From contig NEEC01000013.1 in assembly GCA_002189035.1 (NCBI GenBank), forward strand, positions 3,154,252 through 3,218,251: a stretch of 64,000 bases of DNA, written 5' to 3'. A model generated the notes under the pieces. It saw nothing but the letters and a program-made list of their open reading frames with translations. It was not told the DNA's origin and searched no databases. Position numbers and translations under genes: made by a program. The stretch comes from Utricularia gibba (taxonomy: Eukaryota; Plantae; Magnoliophyta). Positions 59,246 through 64,000 of the stretch are shown here, piece after piece (the first letter of the stretch is position 1; every line of letters starts with the position of its first letter).

Positions 59246-60587
59246 TATGCGTATCTCCTGCTGATGGGTGCTCCAAGAAGGTGATTATTTTTTCCTGTGG
59301 TATTTGCGTGAGATCATCAAGAACTTGGTGTAATTTTTTAACTAACTCTCATAAATGTAATATACTCCAGAACACGAAATCATCTTTACTAGATGATATT
59401 TATGCAAAAGTTATGTATGACGTAAACATGCAATTGCGACGTATAAATTTTATACCTAGCATGATCAAATCCCTAATTAAATAATATTATAAATTATTGG
59501 CTATTCGGTTGACTTTATTTTATCCTTTTATTAGACAATCACGGCTTTTATTTATTATACATAGTGGCGCAAGAAATGCTACAAAGCCAACCCAGTTCAG
59601 GGGAGGAGGTTATCTAACTATGGCCTTCATTGAGGTGCATCTTTTTCGGTGTCTAGATTCTAGTGATCAGAGTAAGCTAGAAAGAACATCTAACTTAGAC
59701 GTCAGATGTACTACTAGCCTTTCCTGGGGTTGGATATCAATTCTTGGTTCCACCACAAATGGGGTGAGGAGGAGGAGGATGTGCGATTTTGGGAAGATTA
59801 TTGGGGAGGGGGTGGTAGGGCTCTAAAAGAATGATATCAGGAATTGTATGGTTCAAGGATTGGATATAATTGCTCCTTAGGTGAAGCATGGAGATGGGTG
59901 AAGAGTAACACAGCCAGAGATGAGCTACTAGAAGGAAATAGGGTTTAGGGAGAATGAAGAAATAATCCAAGACTCGATAGATGAATAAGGGGATGGAGCG
60001 ACAGATTGGAGCTGATGGTAGGTGGAATTGATACATTTTTCCATGGGGAAATTCAAGTGTGTGGAGCTATAATCATCATGCAAATAGTGGATTCAAATGT
60101 GAGAACAACATTCTCTCTATTTAGACAATAACATTAGAGTGGATTCAAATACAGTCAATATTATAATATCAATTCATCAGTGGCTGACAAACTCTAAAAC
60201 ATATGTTCACAGTAGAGCCTATGTGAGCGAGTAGTGACATCATGCAAATGGTGTATGGTAAAATTTGTAAAATAGAGAATTAATAGGGAAAATATCCCCT
60301 AAGGATACATATGTTATAAAAAAAGGATATTCGATTATGAAATTTGATGATTTTGACATAAAAAACTATTATTTTTAGGATGATATTATCGATAAAAACT
60401 TTTTCAGGAATCTGTGTTTACAATTTATTTCCACTAATACAATCCTTGGGCTTTATCAATGTGTCATATATTATATAAGAAAAGAAGACAACATAAGATG
60501 AGGGTATATGATGTCATGAGGGAGTTTTAACCAAAGCATTTTACACTCAAGTTACATCAACTCAAAATAGTACATTGTTTACATTGT

Positions 60588-62004
60588 TCAATCACTATCA
60601 CTCAGAAGTGCAAGGAGATTGAGAAAGAGATTGATTATATCGAGATAGAGGCATGTAGCTGCTTCAATTGCCTGATCGTAGTTGAAGCGCTTGATGATAT
60701 TATCAGTATCATAAACTATGAATCCACAGAAAACTAGTGCTCCAATGCAAGCAAGAACCTGCTCTCCCACTCTTCCCATGGGAAATATGATCTGTCGCAT
60801 CAAGAATTTGAAGAGCACATTATTGAAGTGGGGAAAGTGTGGAACTATACTTTTCCAAAGAAGAATGTACCCTGATGATTCCAAAGGCCATGAGAAGTAA
60901 CATAGCACAAAGTAAAAAGGGACCCAAAAAGTTGAAGTCATAGCCTCGATTTGCGGCCACGAATGTGAAAAGTGTGAGAGCAGTAGTCACCAACAGTGTC
61001 AGACCAGCAGCCAGCAACACAATTTGCCCTGAAAAATGTCACCATGAATAAAAAAAAATCCACCCCTACTATTTTCTAAATTGTAATAAATCTAACTTGT
61101 GAAATTTACCAACATCTTAATACCAGCACAAAAAGATCACCTTTCCTTTGGGTGCAAGCAGCTCCCACCATCCATGCCATTGCAATGGTGAAAAGAATCA
61201 AAAGAATGATGTTCCAGGGATGCCGTTGGCTGAAGCAAGACATCATAAAGCACACTACAATCACGAAGCCGGTAAACAGATCATCATCACCGAGACTCTT
61301 GATCTCATCCCATTCATTTTTAATATCAATGCCATTTTTTTTTAAATTGAAGCCACAACTCAGAAATGATTTATTTTCGAACTTCAGATCATGACCCCCC
61401 CCCCCCCCCCCCCCCCCCAAAGAATTAAAAGACGAGAAGGGAAAAATCCCATATATAGGATCCGCATTGCCCAACAATGGCAGCAAGCCAATCAATTGAG
61501 TCCATATGGAGATAGCGCAACAAGTTTTTAATCGGTTTCATTCACAATGTTCTAAGTTCCATAACACATGCAACGTCCATCACAGTTGATCCAGGTAATC
61601 AAAGTCACAAAAAAAAGAAACTGAAGTCATGTCATACACATGGTTTTTCTTGAGTTCGCATTTTTTTAAATAGAGCGAACATATTCATTGCCAAAGCGAA
61701 TTTCAAAAGTTGCCAGAGCATGTGTAATAAAATAACTATTAAAAAAGCTCACATATAACGGTGAGGATCATGGCAGCAATCATGATATAAAGCCCTGCAG
61801 CTGTTTGCATGAATTCGCGAATTGGAAGAATGAGAAACATGGCAAGGCCAACCCCAACCGTAAGAAGAAATTGTAAGCACAGGATCGAATAAACTTTGCG
61901 GATGAAACCCAATCGGAGATCTGGTGGATCTTGCATGCCGGGTACATTTGATTGATGTTACCCATCTCGATGTCTTGACCATTCTTGTTCGAAAAGAATG
62001 CCAT
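60588..62004 (-). CDS. Bax inhibitor-1 / Lifeguard (TMBIM) family membrane protein; apparent 1-nt frameshift at 61938-61942
   Basis: DIEMG..MYP(G)MQDPPDLRLGFIRKVYSIL, HPWNIILLILFT, YDFNFLGPFL, FIVYDTDNIIKRFNYDQAIEAATCLYLDIINLFL. Confidence 0.88.
61395..61418. repeat. C24 homopolymer (G24 on the sense strand of the Lifeguard gene intron)
   Basis: 24 consecutive C seen directly. Confidence 0.85.
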
Positions 62005-62865
62005 TATTGAACGATAAAACTTTTTTCAGATGCTAATACGATAAGTGTTTAAAAAATTTGGAATGGGCGACCTTTATTTTACAGAACAAAAGGAAAGAAA
62101 TCTAGGAAGCTAGATATGCTGTGGTGTCGAAAAGAAATGAAGGGCATCAGAGAATGCAGCCGAAATTTCAGGACATACATGATAAGAAGAAAGAATTCCT
62201 TGAATTTAAATGATGGGTATAGGATAACCAATGAAAAAATACATACAACAATAGAAGATTTCCCGGCTCTCCCTTATTTAAGAAAGCCTCTACATTGCCT
62301 TCAAGAGTGAGCGAACGGTGTATCAAAATTCCGAAAATTACAAATAGTAAACAATCTTGAACTGAACAAGGACAACATGTAAACAAAAAAAAAGAAGAAA
62401 GATTAATGCGTTATCTTCACTTATATGTATGCGGAAATGTAGAGATCCTATAGTTTTAAACATGAAGTTTTGAATAGAAAATTCGATCACAAAACCAAAC
62501 CAGACACAATTAATTGACACAACTAATGAAACAAAACTAACTTTATTCATAACCTCCTAATCTAGTAAATGATGGAAACTTTATCCTAATGACACATTTA
62601 TTTTGGACATAAGTAAGATCTTATAAACTAAACAACACATGTATAAAACCCACATTATTAACTATACGGCCTTCGTACTTCTCCTAATAATGATGTCTTT
62701 GAGCAAAATTCAATTCGCTTACTCAGTTGAATAAATTTGGAAACACACAAAGGCATTGTTAAAAGATCATTTGCTTACTCCTAAGTGGCACAGAATACCA
62801 GTCCAACTTGACCATCATTATTACCTTCACGTAAGCCATTAAACTCAATATAGATATGTTTACAA

Positions 62866-62970
62866 TTTAGAGTTCAAAGTTTAGGTTTGAGAGTTTAGGG
62901 TTTAGGGTTCAATATTGAGGATCTAGGGTTTAGGGTTGAGGGTTTAAGGTTGATGGTTCAAGGTTCAGCA
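62866..62970 (+). repeat. Degenerate interstitial telomeric tract (about 15 heptamer-like units)
   Basis: tttagag ttcaaag tttagg tttgagag tttaggg tttaggg ttcaata ttgagga tctaggg tttaggg ttgaggg tttaagg ttgatgg ttcaagg ttcagca; same strand as the terminal array. Confidence 0.85.
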
Positions 62971-63375
62971 CTTATGGCCGGTGCCATCCCCTCTGACCAT
63001 CATCATCTGAAGCATCATAGAGCCGGCACAGTTGATAATAACCACCATGCAGGCAGCACCAAAGAGAGTTTTCAGCTGAAATCCATCACCTGCTGCTGCT
63101 TAGGATTTTTTCAGCATTGTATTGGAAATTGCTATCTATACTCTTGGACAGAAGTTTTCGACATAGTCAGACGTTTGTATGCAGTGAACTGGTATGGTCC
63201 GAATTTCTCGGATCCAACTCAGTATGTCCGAAATTATCGATCCGAGTATATGACCCGACCCGACCCGAATCCAGTCTACAGAGCGTTAACGAACTACTAC
63301 ACGATTTTCATTAGTCTTCGGTTCGAGAAAAACTGCCGTACTGCAAACTGCATCTCGTGCATTCGGAATCGGGAA

Positions 63376-63574
63376 ATGGTAACTGCATTTGCTTCCGTTG
63401 ATTTTGCCGTTTGTTTGATGTTCTGCTTTCGTTTTCCGATGACTTTTTCTGTCGATTGTATTTGAAGGCTCCGGCAGCGAAACCGATCTCTAGCCCTGTT
63501 CCGGCTGAGTGGTATCCGATCCTCGCTTTTTTCATGGTATCAATTGGCCTTGTCCTCACCGCATCTTTCTCCAT
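63376..63574 (+). pseudogene. 3'-truncated TMEM258/OST5-like gene (oligosaccharyltransferase small subunit): ATG-only exon 1 and exon 2
   Basis: ATG 63376-63378 | GT intron 63379-63467 AG | exon 63468-63574 APAAKPISSPVPAEWYPILAFFMVSIGLVLTASFS | GTAAGT donor at 63575. Matches the recalled plant OST5/TMEM258 N-terminus (AKPISSPVP..YP.L..F...IGLV.TA.FFI); the YEATSSR.. second half is absent before the telomere. Confidence 0.8.
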
Positions 63575-63662
63575 GTAAGTGGCTTTTCAACTGCGAAATG
63601 GAAATCTCAGATGTTTTTTTATGTCCGCTGTTTTAGGGTCGAGTAACCTTCTCCTCGGATAG

Positions 63663-63808
63663 TTTCGGGTTTAGGGTTTAGGGTTTAGGGTTCAGGGTTT
63701 GGGTTCAGGGTTTAGGGTTCAGGGTTTAGTGTTTAGGGTTCAGTGTTTAGGGTTCAGGGTTTAGGGTTCAGGGTTTAGTGTTTAGGGTTCAGTGTTTAGG
63801 GTTCAGGG
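63663..63808 (+). repeat. Proximal variant telomere repeats (TTCAGGG, TTTAGTG, TTCAGTG, TTTGGG, TTTCGGG) mixed with TTTAGGG
   Basis: Parsed directly into heptamers; includes an exact 49-bp tandem duplication. Confidence 0.95.
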
Positions 63809-64000
63809 TTTAGGGTTTAGGGTTTAGGGTTTAGGGTTTAGGGTTTAGGGTTTAGGGTTTAGGGTTTAGGGTTTAGGGTTTAGGGTTTAGGGTTTAGGGT
63901 TTAGGGTTTAGGGTTTAGGGTTTAGGGTTTAGGGTTTAGGGTTTAGGGTTTAGGGTTTAGGGTTTAGGGTTTAGGGTTTAGGGTTTAGGGTTTAGGGTTT
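63809..64000 (+). repeat. Canonical Arabidopsis-type telomere (TTTAGGG)n, about 27 copies to the window end
   Basis: Uninterrupted TTTAGGG array, G-rich strand 5'->3' toward the end. Confidence 0.99.

Noticed and set aside
59600-60050. Purine-rich stretch with TAGGGTTTAGGG (about 59939-59950) and short ORFs
   Set aside because: Only about 1.7 telomere units (telo-box scale) and no coding or repeat structure I can support.
62950-63465. 171-aa ORF in the subtelomere
   Set aside because: Starts at a non-ATG codon in degenerate telomere repeats, runs through the promoter and intron 1 of the OST5-like fragment, and has no recognisable motif.

Overview
A gene-dense eukaryotic (flowering-plant, eudicot-like) nuclear window that ends in a chromosome telomere, (TTTAGGG)n at 63809-64000. 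About 20 intron-containing or single-exon genes are recognisable by reading exons across the ORF track: MBL-fold hydrolase, thioredoxin-fold/DUF179 protein, two tandem S10 serine carboxypeptidases, GAPA, MAP65, CIPK, PDK, an RLCK-V-type kinase, PP2C, type-B ARR, DUF789, TPR protein, BRCT protein, DXS, PSAD, prefoldin-2, TSR2 and a BI-1/Lifeguard protein. There are also relics: a pectin methylesterase pseudogene, a HIG1-domain gene fragment, a mitochondrial-type tRNA-Gln fragment and an RNase H-like ORF. Short introns, spacers of 160-400 bp and TTCAGGG telomere variants suggest a miniature genome such as Utricularia/Genlisea (Lentibulariaceae); this is inference and was not verified. The most striking structure is the last 1.1 kb. 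A decayed 'fossil' telomere (62866-62970) is followed by the promoter, ATG-only exon 1 and exon 2 of a TMEM258/OST5-like gene pointing at the chromosome end. That gene is cut off in intron 2 by variant telomere repeats containing an exact 49-bp duplication, and then by canonical repeats. Six otherwise intact genes each lack one base in a homopolymer run, most likely long-read consensus errors. All homology calls are from recalled family motifs, not database searches.
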